DNA of 44,801 nucleotides from Parcubacteria group bacterium GW2011_GWA2_51_10. GTDB taxonomy: Bacteria > Patescibacteriota > Minisyncoccia > Phycocordibacterales > UBA2100. Every line of letters begins with the position of its first letter. The stretch's first letter is position 1. Made by a program: the position numbers and the translations under genes. The DNA is taken from positions 1 to 44,801 of the forward strand of contig LCQS01000006.1 in NCBI GenBank assembly GCA_001004265.1, in the 5' to 3' direction. Below are positions 26,608 through 38,079 of the stretch, one piece after another. Under the pieces are notes generated by a model. The model saw only the letters and a program-made list of their open reading frames with translations, was not told where the DNA came from and made no database searches.

Positions 26608-27633
26608 TTATTTTCTGACATAGTTCTTTGCATGTTTGAACAATAATCGCACGCCCGATGCTACTGCCGCAAACGTACTTGATTCGGTGGCGTCCATTGC
26701 AATGCGTCGAAGTCTGTATGGATGCGTCTCTGCGCTGTTGAATCCTTCAATTGTTGTAAGCGACCATTTAAAACCCTCGCGCGACAGTATGCGTTCGGTA
26801 CTCTCATTCCAATCGCCGGGATTCCCCTTTGGTTAGGCGAACGTCTCTGAAATATTATGTGTAACCTCTTTCAGAGCTATAACAGAGTCCCGAACCTCGA
26901 CTTCAGTTTCTTGGGCGGACAGTGTTGAGAGAATCGGATGCGATTTTGTGTGCGCCCCAAATGTTATGCCGCTGTTTTTCATCGCCTCGATGTCGGTATT
27001 CGTAAGTGGCGTATATACCGCTCTCTCCATCTCGAAATTCCGGAATTCTGCACTACTCGATCTCTCTATCGCGGCAAGGTGGCGCTCCCGCTCTATTGAG
27101 CCAACTTTCTTTAATTGAGCGCGAATTTCCGCATCCCGATTTATTTTGCTCTCGATGTCATCATTCTCTAAGCCGATTGCATATTCAAGTCGATCGACCC
27201 AAAGCGGATTTTTTTTGAACACAAAATCGGTCGCTATAAACATCGTCGCATGAACGCTGTATTTTTTGAGAATGGGGAACGCGTACTCGTACCAATTTCG
27301 GTATCCGTCGTCAAACGTTATGGCGAGGGCGTTTTTTGGTAGTCGTCGCTCGTACATCATTCGAATTCCCTCGTCGAGCGGAACAATTGTGTACCGTCTT
27401 CTAAAGTATTTTATCTGCTCCTCGAAAACGTCGGGATCAATAAATTTGTGCCGGTAATTGTATATTCCGAAGTCTTTATTGGGAGCAACACCGTGATAGA
27501 GTACAATCGTCAGCTCTTTCCCATGGAGAAAGCGCAGAATATGATGAAGACCAACAGCTTGACAAAAGGCGAGAATAAGCCATTTAATCCAGCTCGACCA
27601 CGACCTGTTTCTAGCGGAGTGCATTCGTCGCAT
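26608..27633 (-). pseudogene. Polysaccharide deacetylase (NodB/CE4) with an in-frame TAA at 26833-26835
   Basis: VLYHGV, AITFDDGY, GAHTKSHPIL motifs; FA*PKG in place of FAYPxG; the frame stays open (GDWNE...LRRIAM) to TAA at 26608-26610. Confidence 0.8.
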
Positions 27634-28752
27634 GATAGCGGATTTTCACTTCTTGTTATAGGGACTGAAACGGGCGTTTTTGACGAGGAATCAGATGCTG
27701 CGAAGCGCATATATGCGTATGCTAAGTTTTTTAAAGAAGTGCACGTTGTGGTGATGTGTGGCGCAAGTACATTTCGAACTAAACGTGTTGCCGATAATGT
27801 AGTGCTCCATCCAGCATCTTCTCGCTCACGTTTATTGCGGTTCTTAAAAGCAGTTTCTATTTCACGGCGTTTAGGACGCGTCGATATCATTACGGTGCAA
27901 GATCCGTTCGAGAATGGGCTCGTCGGTCTCCTGTCGCTGAAAAAATTATCGGCGGTTCTCCACGTGCAAATTCACACGGATTTTCTCTCTCCCGAATTCC
28001 GCAAGCATTCGATCGTGAATTGGATTCGCACACTCATAGCGCCGTTCGTTTTGCGTTTTGCTGTCCGCATCCGCGTTGTCTCCAATCGCATCAAGAATTC
28101 GCTAGAAACTAAAAACTATAAACTCAAAACTATACCCACCGTTCTCCCCATTTTCGTTGACGTGGGGCTCTATAAAAGCGCCGTTTCCGATCCGCGGCTT
28201 GCCCTGCGGCTGCGCCCCTTTTCGACGAAGATTCTCGTTGTGTCGCGTCTCGAGCCGGAGAAGAACGTTGCACTCGCGATTCGCGCATTTCTCAAATCTG
28301 CGCCGCGCGAAGCTTGCCTTCTAATTGTGGGTGAAGGCAGTGAAAGGAGTAAATTAGAACGTCTCGCACACTCATCTGCCGGAGGCGATCGCGTATTCTT
28401 CGAAGGGAAACGCGAGGCGTCTTCATGCTATCCGTTGTGCGATCTAGTGCTCGTTACCTCTCACTATGAAGGGTACGGCCGTGTCATTATCGAAGCACTT
28501 GCCGCCGGAAAGCCCGTTCTTTCAACAGATGTGGGCATTGCGCGCGAAGCCGGCGCGATTGTGACAGAGCCACGGGAGTTTGCGAACGCATTGAGAGAAT
28601 GGTTTGCAAAAGGTCCTCGTGAGGGAATCTTGCAGAATTATCCGTATACACGTTTCAACGAATACGTGCGCGCATACTGCGATGACATAACATCCTGCGC
28701 ACGGCAGTCTCTATATATGGTCTCTGACTCGCAGAATGGCAAGCCGGTTTAA
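27619..28752 (+). CDS. Glycosyltransferase family 4
   Basis: TVQDPFE.G, QIHTDF, VSRLEPEKN, YEGYGRVIIEALAAGKPVLSTDVG; probable GTG start at 27619 (uncertain). Confidence 0.85.
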   Translation: MHSSHDSGFSLLVIGTETGVFDEESDAAKRIYAYAKFFKEVHVVVMCGASTFRTKRVADNVVLHPASSRSRLLRFLKAVSISRRLGRVDIITVQDPFENGLVGLLSLKKLSAVLHVQIHTDFLSPEFRKHSIVNWIRTLIAPFVLRFAVRIRVVSNRIKNSLETKNYKLKTIPTVLPIFVDVGLYKSAVSDPRLALRLRPFSTKILVVSRLEPEKNVALAIRAFLKSAPREACLLIVGEGSERSKLERLAHSSAGGDRVFFEGKREASSCYPLCDLVLVTSHYEGYGRVIIEALAAGKPVLSTDVGIAREAGAIVTEPREFANALREWFAKGPREGILQNYPYTRFNEYVRAYCDDITSCARQSLYMVSDSQNGKPV

Positions 28753-28836
28753 TAAAACCAGAAGCCCGAAGCGGGCACGTCTTTGGTTATGCACTACCGA
28801 TGCTTGACCTTTTTGTCGCAGTGCTATGCTCCGGAC

Positions 28837-31800
28837 ATGAGCGTTCGATTATTAAAGACTGCGAGGAAGACACTCTCCGGCATTCTCATAATTCTGATGG
28901 CATTTCCGCCCTCGGCCGTTTTTGCCGAGCAGCAACAGGGAGACACGACATCTCAAAGTACGACAAGCGAGCAAACTTCCGCACAATTAGCTCCGAGCAC
29001 GGATCAATCGCAAACGAGCGCTGAATCAACATTAACGTCTTCAGAGACAACTGCTCCTCCAGAAGGCGAAGGCGGATCTTCACCCGACTCTCTGCTATTA
29101 GATCCTGCGCCGGATCCGTACTTTGGGCCGGAGCGCCAGAGCCAAAAGCAGGAACTAAAGCTTGAGCCGGATCAGTCTGACGGATCGCTGAACTACCGCT
29201 ACCCGCTCACCGTTCCACCGGGGCGCAACGGTCTCGCGCCCGCCGTCGCGCTCACGTATTCCAGCAAGAATACGGAGCAGATCAGTCCAGTCGGATATGG
29301 ATGGACCGTTGATATTCCATACATCGAGCGGATCAACAAGAGGGGGCTCAATAAGATGTACACACGTAATGATTTCTTCTCTAGTCTTGATGGAGAGATC
29401 GCCGCCACGAGCACGGAAGGAGCCGGAGGCTCGATGGTGGAGGCCACTTTTGGAAGTGATCTCGAAGCCGCTGCACCAGTTCCTGCGGAAGCATCCATTA
29501 GCGATCAATTAGAAGGAAAATCGACAGAAGAAAAGGCGAACATCAAAGCGGAGACGATCGTTTCGCTTGGCCTTTCAGGTGAGTACGTGAGCGAGCAGTA
29601 TAACCTCCGAATCGACATTCAGTCCGTTTACAAGATCGAGGGTGGCGTGCAGGTTTTTGCGAAAGCGTGGAGAGGAGAAAAACAGCTGGGGTTTGGCGAG
29701 GACGGCACAGTGGAAATCGAGCGGTTCCGGATTTTCAATCCGCCCATCATGGTTCCCGACGGGACGGCTCATATTGAGAAAGTGCCACAGGGCAATACCG
29801 GAGCTACTGTTGAGATCGAGGTGACGGGATATCGCGAAGATCCAGCGGAGGCACTGCGACAGTCTCTCGCACATATCATTAGTCTCGTTGGCCAAGAAGA
29901 TACGCCGATCAAAGAAGGAAAAATCGGATTTACAACTTCAACCTTCTATCCGAGCGCTGGTTCGGTAGCTCCCGCAGACGGCGCTGTCGAGTACGCGAGC
30001 AATTCAGTATCGTGGTCGTCGGCGCAGACGGCAGCCGCCGGAACATCCGCTAATACCACGGACACTGTATTTGGTGCAACTGATCTTGGCGCGATGATCG
30101 GTGTAAATAAATGGGGAAGCGGATGGATGATAGGAAGAAGCATCGCCAACTATGACACGTCTGCAATTGGCGATTCAGACACAATTTCCAGCGCCACAGT
30201 CAGCTTTTACCACCATGGAAAGACAAACAACGTTAATACAGGCACCGACACGCTCATTATTACGACCGCAACGCCAGCCTCAACCAGCACCATAGCAACC
30301 GGTGATTATGACCAAATTGGAGACATAGATACGCCTTCCGATGGCGCGCTCGCAACTGCAGTTGATCTTTCAGCGATTACGACAAGCGCGTACAACGATT
30401 ATGCTCTGAATTCAACAGGAAGAAATTACATTAGCAAGACCGCCGTTACAGCTATAGGCATCCGCATCGGGGATGATCAATCAACCGCTCCGTCAGGGTG
30501 GTCAGATGGGCAATCTAATCTCATTAACACGCGCGCAGCCGACTATGCCGGCACGACGAATGATCCAAAATTGGTCGTCGTTCACACCACGCCTACGGCA
30601 CCAGTATCCAATGGCTACGGTGCGCTCGTTGAGAACGGCGATTTTAGAGTGTATGAGTTTCTCGACAATAATCGTTGGAAGGTAACTGATAAAAATGGAA
30701 TCATATTTACATTCGGCACGACCTCCGCGTCGCAGATCAATAATACGGCTAGCTCGACGCAGATATTCCGCTGGATGCTCCAAGAAGTTCGCGACCGCAA
30801 TGACAATTACATCTCGTATGAATACTATGAAGACAATGACCAGCTCTATCCATACAAGATCAAATACACTGGGAACGGCACGACGGACGGCGTATATGAG
30901 ATTGAGTTCCTTCGGGAGAGCCGCTCCGATATTGCGACATCGAGCGCTCCGGGATTCCCAATTGTTTCTAAGTACCGTATCAATGAGATTCAGGTAAAGG
31001 TAAGCGGCGCATGGCAGCGCAAGTATGCGCTGAGCTATGGGACGGGAGACAATGGCCGCCGCTCGATGCTAACTTCCATCACAGAATCAGGAAAAGACGA
31101 AAGCGGCACGACAACAACATTACCTGCCGTTTCGTTCGCGTACACAACAAAGGCCGCGAATTGGACATATGACGCGAGCTGGGTAATGCCCGTCAACTTT
31201 GTTGACGACTATTTGGGAAGCGATGCCGATTGGGGCGCTCGCTTCGATGATTTCAACGGGGACGGATGGACTGACATCATAAAGCATAGAGGAAGTGACA
31301 GCGATAACGGCGCCTATGTAGGTTTGGGCGATGGAACGTGGAGTACGACGACACCCACCGGTACCAATGATCTCGTTAGTCTTGGGGGAGAAGACAGAAA
31401 TGTGAGAACGGGAGATGTCGATGGAGATTCACTCGCAGATTTCATTACTGGCGGAAACAAAGTGGGCATCAACACGAATCGCGGAGGCAGTTTTGTGGAG
31501 GGAACGGACTGGACTGTTCCCATTAGTTTCGTAGACACCACCGCGGTTGTCTACGATGTGGGCGGCCGAGCCGTCGATGTGAATGGCGATGGCCTTTCGG
31601 ATCTCCTCAAATATTTCGATTCGGGCGCAAACGCTGCTTCGAACGGCATCTATTTAAATAACGGCACCGGCTGGGATGCGACCTCAACCTATCCGTGGAC
31701 CCTGCCGTCCGGTGCTTCTTTTGCCGGGCCTTACACACCGCAAGAAGGCGTTGATTTTGGAGTGAGATTTGCGGATTTCAACGGGGATGGGATTACGGAC

Positions 31801-34800
31801 CTTATTAAAGGCCGCGAATACGGCAGTCCGCCGTACACCACTGTTTATCTTAATGATGGCGACGGTACGTGGACAGAAATGAACCCTTCGGGATTTACCG
31901 GCACGTTTTCAAGTGGCTCGGGTGCTGATCAGGGCACGAGGGTTGTCGACGTGAACGCGGACGGACTCCCCGATATCGTCGACGCGCAAGGGTCAAGCGG
32001 CAACACCGTTTACATCAACGAAAACGGAGGACGGACATTTACGCTGAGTGCTTCATGGGGCGACATCACGCCTGACTTCTTGATATCAGCGCAAGATGCC
32101 GGCGCTCGGTTCGTTGACATCGATGCCGACGGCATCGTGGACATCGTCCGATCGTATGCGGGGACGCTATCACCTGCAGGACAAAACGGAGCATATCTTG
32201 GCAATGGTGTTGTTCCCGATCTTCTCGCAACAATTACGACCGATTCAGGCGGCATGATGACCGCGAGCTACAAGCCCTCGACGCAATACCGAAGCGGCGC
32301 GACTGAATTAAATCCGCGAGTTCCGATGGTGATGCAGACTGTCGAGGCCGTCGGGATGAACAATCGTTTCGGTACTGTCGGTACCACGACGTATTCATAC
32401 GGCGGGGGCGATTACTACTACGCGAACGAGTTCGACCGCAAATTCGCGTCATTCGCAACGACGACGATTACTGATCCATTCGGCCATGTAACCAAAACAT
32501 ATGCGCATCAGGGCAACGGCTCACAATCGTCGATTGGAGAGAACAGCGATCATAAGTCGAAGATAGGACGAATATACCGCACTGAAGTGTACGACGATGC
32601 GAACAACCTGTATGCAAAAACGATAGATAAATGGGAGAACTCGTCGCTTTCAAATAGCAGAGAGTTCGTGAAGCGCACCCGTACTACGGGATTTTCATAC
32701 GATGGCGACAGTGATCACCGCGACAAAGCAGTAACGTTCGCGTATGACGATGCGACAGGGAATCTCTCGGCCAAATTGGAAATAGGCGAAGTAACAGGAA
32801 GCGACGACGGGAGCTATACGGATACCGGTTCGGATTCGCGGACCGCCGTATACACCTATGCAACGAGCACGGCATACGGCATCTACGGCTTGCCGAAAAC
32901 CGAGACGATCAAGAATAACAGCGGCACGCGCGTCGCGGAGAGGAATTTCTACTACGACTCTCTTTCCGCCGGATCAGTTGAGAAAGGAAACCTCACCAAA
33001 GAAGAAAAATGGATTACCGGAAGCACATACGCGAGCACTACAAGAGCGTACAACAGCTACGGACTTGTTACGTCCGAAACCGATCCGCGAAACAAAACGA
33101 CGACGATCTCATATGAAAACGCGAACATGTACGTGGGTACCACCACGAATCCTCTAGGTTATATTACGGAGACATACCGTGACCTCACGAACGGCAAGGT
33201 GAAAAAGATCGTGGATCCGAATAACCGGACGTTTGAGATTGTTTTCGACGGCCTCGACCGCGTTAAAACGGAGAAAGTGCCGGATCATCTCGGCACGCCC
33301 ACAAATACGGTAACGAAATCTGATTATACGTATACGGATATTCAATCTGCTCGCAGCGTCCTGCGGACCGATTCTCTTAATTCGGCAACGAGCACCGATA
33401 CGTACACGTACTACGACGGCTTCCTGCGGCCGATCCAGGAGCGTACGGAGGCAGAAGATACGTACTTCGTGAGAAGCATCGAATATGACGCTCGCGGCGA
33501 CGTTAAGAAGGAAACTCTGCCGTATTCAAGCACAGGAAGCAGCCGCACTCCTCTCACGGAAGATGCTGATTTCCAGATAAGCTATGGCTATGATTCTCTG
33601 CGTCGAGCGACGAGTACGATCAATACGGAAGGTACGGAAACGCATGCGTATGATGAGTGGGAGGAGGTGATTACTGACCGAGAAGGTAATATCAAAGATC
33701 TCACGCAGGATGCGTATGGAAACCTCGCACAAGTCGATGAGCATAACGCGACGAGCACGTATGCGACGGCGTACACATACGACGCGCTCGGGAATCTCAC
33801 GAAAATAACGGATGCGGCCAGCAACATCCGAAACTTTACGTATGACGGCCTCTCTCGGCTGACGAATTCGGAGGATCTGCATGCTTCGGGCGATGGAACA
33901 TATGGCACACGGACATACACGTATGATCTTGCAAACAATCTGACATCAACAACGGACGCCAAGAGCCAGACGATTGATCTCACGTATGACGATATCAACC
34001 GCGTGCTCACGGAGGATTACACCGGCGCATCGGGAACGGAAATCCAGTATGGGTACGACACCTGCGGCAATGGGAAGGGCCGCCTCTGTGCCGCGACCAC
34101 GACTGATGCCGTCACGAATGCGGCATACGACGCACTCGGAAATGTTTCCACAGAAGGAAGGACAATTGACAGCACCACGTACACAACCACGTATACGCGA
34201 GATCGCCTGAGTAATGTCACAAACATCAATTATCCGAACGGGCGCGACGTATTGTACGGATACAATTCAGCGGGCCATTTGGAGAATATCTACACGAGGC
34301 CCTCGGGCGGCACGTACTCTGCCGTCGTGGACGATCTCGACTATGCGCCTACGCGCCAGATATCGTACAAGCTGTTCGGCAATAACATTGAGAGCACGTA
34401 TACATACGATATAGACGAGCTGTACCGGCTTCGAAGCATAGAAACGGCGGTGGTAGGGATGGGGGGCGATCCTGAAGGCGCAGTGTTGGAGAGCGTCCCG
34501 GCAATGGAGTTTATTCCCGATCCAGTAACAGAAGCCGCTCCCGTACTTAATATGGCGGAGAATGGTGTAGCGATAGGCGAACCGACCCTTGAGCCAAATC
34601 CTGCCGATGTAAGCATCCGGAGTATTCAACAGGAAATTGCGAGCAGTACTGAAGAAATATTCACCCCGGAGAGTACAGCCATCGGCGCAGAAGCGACGAG
34701 CACCGCTGCAACGATTTTGGATATTGCAACAAGCACATTGGATCTCACTCCCACTGTTGCGACGACCACTGCCACAAGCACTGGCGCTTTTCCAGAATTG

Positions 34801-37336
34801 GATTTTGTTCCCGAGCCATCGTTTGCGCGTGAATATATTGACGAAGCAGGCACGCGTATCGAGATCCAGAAGGTCGAGCGCATAGAAGGCGGGATAGAGG
34901 TGTTCGCGCGCGCATGGAAAGGCGATGCGCCCCTCGGGTTCGGCTCCGATGGAAGCATTGAGATCGAACGCTTCCGTTTCTTCGGCATCTCCCCATTGGT
35001 GGAAGATCCGGCTGGCGAATATGAGCAGGTCTACACGGTGAAGGTGCGCACGGAAGAAAATCCGCTCGGCTCGGAGGAGGTCGTTCGCGCGAAATACACT
35101 TCGGACCCGTTGAAGGCGCTCCGATTGCAACTCGCGGATACTATACGCATCGCGGCGAATGGAAACAATCCCGTCTCGGGCAAGATCGGGCATACGACTT
35201 CCACGTTCTATCCCGACGCGAATCCTGAAACTAACAGCGTCGATGGATTCGCGGCTCGCGATACGGGAGGCGTCTCATGGACGAGTCTGCGGACTAGCGC
35301 AGCGCAGGGAGCGAGCGATACGGCAGCGCTTTCCTCCGACGGCACCCTCATACAATTCGCGAGCGGGTCAAATTGGTACTACCTCGGCCGCGCCATCTTC
35401 CTTTTCAATACGACTGCAGTAGGATCCGATACCGTCTCGAGTGCGACGTTCTCCCTTGTTGCCAACTCAAAAACCGACAACGCGACGCTCGACGCACGGT
35501 TCAATCTCACCGCCATGACCCCACTGGACGCTGAATGGAAACGGTATCGCTGCGGTCAACGGATCGGGCGTGACGAAGCTCGGAGTCCGCCTCTCTGCCG
35601 ACATATCGAATACGCAGCCCTCGTTCCCCAGCGCCGGCGAATTCTCCGCAATGAGCGTCTACTATGCCGACCAGGCAGGCACAACGAAAGACCCGAAGCT
35701 CGTTGTTGTCCACGCTGCCGCAACCAGCACCCCGAGCGGGAGCATTCAGAACATTCTCTACGCGTACGATCACGTCGGCAACATCACACAGCTCACCGAC
35801 TACTCCACCTCCACAGGGAAGATCGTCAGTTTCGGATACGACGACCTGAACCGCCTCACGACAGCTTCCACGACTGCGGCAAGCTCGACGCCGTACTCGC
35901 AGACGTATGCGTATAGCGCCATAGGGAACATAACGAACAAGAGCGACGTGGGGGACTACGCATACGCAGGCACGAACTATGCGAATCCGCATGCCGCGAC
36001 GCAGATCGGGACAACAGGTGCGACTACAACATTCACATACGACTCAAACGGAAATATGGAAACGGGCGGAATCTGGACGTATGGATGGGATTATAGAAAT
36101 CGGCTCACGAGTGCAGGAGATGGGACTGCAACTACCACGTTTGGATATGACTACTCCGGCCAAAGGGTCTTCCAAACCACCGCTTCAACCACAACTCTCT
36201 ACCCTTCAAAATATTTCTCCATCGCATCTTCAACCTCTGGAAGCGCGGCAACTTCGACGAGTTATATATACGCCGGAGATACGCTTTTGGCTTACGTCGA
36301 GCAGGGCCTAGTCAATGGCACTGCGACCGGAACTCCGAGTACGTTCTATGTACATCCCGACCACCTCGGCTCGACTAACGTAATCACGAACGCTTCGGGA
36401 ACCGTAGTCACCTCAAAAGATTATTATCCTTATGGTTCAACGCGCATTGAAAGCGGTGACGCATCACTTGCACGCGGCTACATCGGGCAATTTGAAGATC
36501 AAAATCTACTGTATCTTCAGGCACGTTACATGGACCCAATAAGAGGACAGTTCACGTCGCAGGATCCCGTATTCTGGGAAGATCCAAAAAAACAGAATCT
36601 GATGAATCCGCAAAGTCTCAATAGTTATGGGTATGCAAACGGGAATCCAATAGTCAATAAAGATCCGAACGGCCGATGTGTTGGTCCATTAGCTATTCCT
36701 TGCATCGGCGCGGGCGCTGGAATTGTAGGTCAGTTCGGATACGATCTTTACAATAACTACCAAGCGAACGGTTTTGATGTTGGGTCGTACAGCTTCTCAA
36801 GCGGAGAAACCTATCTCACACGAGCAGCCCAAGGAGCTTCCATTGCGACGGTCGGCGTGCTAACAGGGGGTATGAGTATCCCTGCACAAGTGGCACTCAT
36901 CGGTGGTACATCTGGTGCGACGGGAGCTCTGGGGAATTTGTACCTTGGCGATGCTGTCACGCCGCAAAGCGTTTTCTGGGATACAACGATTGGCGGCGTG
37001 ACATTCGGTCTTGGAAAATTTGTACCCGGTATTCCTGGACGCCTACCGAATTTTGGAACACAAGCGTTTTTCACTGGCAAACATACGCAACAAAGTGCAA
37101 TGCAGCTTGGAGTAGGTGCGATTTCAAATTATACAAGTCAAATTCTAGGCAGCTCTAATACCACAGGAGGAGGATCCTCGGCTCAAGCCGCTGCTAAGGC
37201 TATGGGCATAGGCAATACCGGCTCTGGCACGTTCGTTGGAACTTACAACTTCGGTCCGGGCGTTGGAACCTTTAACTTCGGAACCGGATCGTGGACATCG
37301 ACCGCACAAACAACCCCAGCAACATCAAAGAAGTAG
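28837..37336 (+). CDS. Giant SpvB/FG-GAP/YD-RHS polymorphic toxin (TcB-TcC-like fusion), split by a frameshift/deletion at ~35520
   Basis: Signal peptide; SpvB-like VPPGRNGLAP.V.LTYSS...GYGW; DFNGDG/DVNGDG FG-GAP repeats; YD repeats; HPDHLGS, YYPYG, YLQARY.DP..GQF.SQDP, NP...DPNG core. Joins ORFs 28783-35916 and 35570-37336. Confidence 0.88.
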
Positions 37337-37353
37337 GTGTAAAATGAAGGAAC

Positions 37354-37791
37354 ATGGAAAACGTTAAAGTTTACAGACCAAAAAAGACCTATCTGTGGGC
37401 AGTCTTTGGGGTTTTCTTGATCGTCTTTTTTGGACTCACGCTTCCTCGCTTGTTAGATGGATCACTCGAGATTCGTCACATTCAGGCACTCGGAGGATTT
37501 TATCTAATCATACTTATTTTCACTCTTGCTTTTTTCTTGTCGAAACTAGAGGTCGGGAAGGATTATGTTAGAGCCCACCTCCTCGGCTTTCCAGGAAACT
37601 ATATTCGTGCATCAGAAGTCATTGTTCTTGAATACGGAAATCTCATGCGATTCGGAGGTCTTGGTTATGGGAAAGGTATAAAGATATGGGTGCAGACAAG
37701 ATCAGGTGGCAAAAAATACTCCGATATTGGTGAAAATTTCTACGGAAAGGAAGCCATCGCTCATGCGAGAAGAGTCCTTGAAGGTAAGTGA
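37354..37791 (+). CDS. Candidate immunity protein (2 TM + small soluble domain)
   Basis: Directly downstream of the RHS C-terminus; two TM segments; function inferred from position only. Confidence 0.6.
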   Translation: MENVKVYRPKKTYLWAVFGVFLIVFFGLTLPRLLDGSLEIRHIQALGGFYLIILIFTLAFFLSKLEVGKDYVRAHLLGFPGNYIRASEVIVLEYGNLMRFGGLGYGKGIKIWVQTRSGGKKYSDIGENFYGKEAIAHARRVLEGK

Positions 37792-37800
37792 ATGGGCAGC

Positions 37801-38079
37801 ATGGACATAAACTCTTGGCTTGAAATACAAAATAACGATGTCATCCGAAAGCGGATGGCGAAACTAATCGCGCATGATTGCTTTCGTAACAGCAAGCTTG
37901 AGGACTTTCACGCAGCTCCTGAATCTAGGTTGAGCGACGCTGAAATGAAGGTACTCATGGTCGACATTGTCGACCGTACTTACGACTTCCTCTCCAAGTT
38001 AAGTGGTCCACAGGGCGATATCATGATCGAAACCCTGAAGAGTCGAGACGCAGTTCCTGAGTGGAATGATCCTCAGTGA
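37801..38079 (+). CDS. Hypothetical protein (FRN..LED.HA...RLSD.EMK pattern)
   Basis: Plausible ORF abutting the previous gene and overlapping the recombinase stop; function unknown. Confidence 0.6.
   Translation: MDINSWLEIQNNDVIRKRMAKLIAHDCFRNSKLEDFHAAPESRLSDAEMKVLMVDIVDRTYDFLSKLSGPQGDIMIETLKSRDAVPEWNDPQ

Noticed and set aside
26833-26835. Stop-codon reassignment
   Set aside because: TAA, TAG and TGA all end well-supported genes in this window; one in-frame TAA is better explained by mutation or error.
29400-30610. RHS inserts as inteins
   Set aside because: No N-terminal C/S block or C-terminal HN-C/S/T splice motif, and no HINT pattern visible.
34267-35193. Long antisense ORFs (308 aa here; also 15969-16685, 22950-23597, 41456-42166)
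   Set aside because: Shadows of well-supported genes on the opposite strand, with no recognisable motifs.
35500-35570. Programmed ribosomal frameshift in the RHS gene
   Set aside because: No slippery heptamer, and comparison with the first module copy shows roughly 35-40 codons missing, which indicates a deletion.
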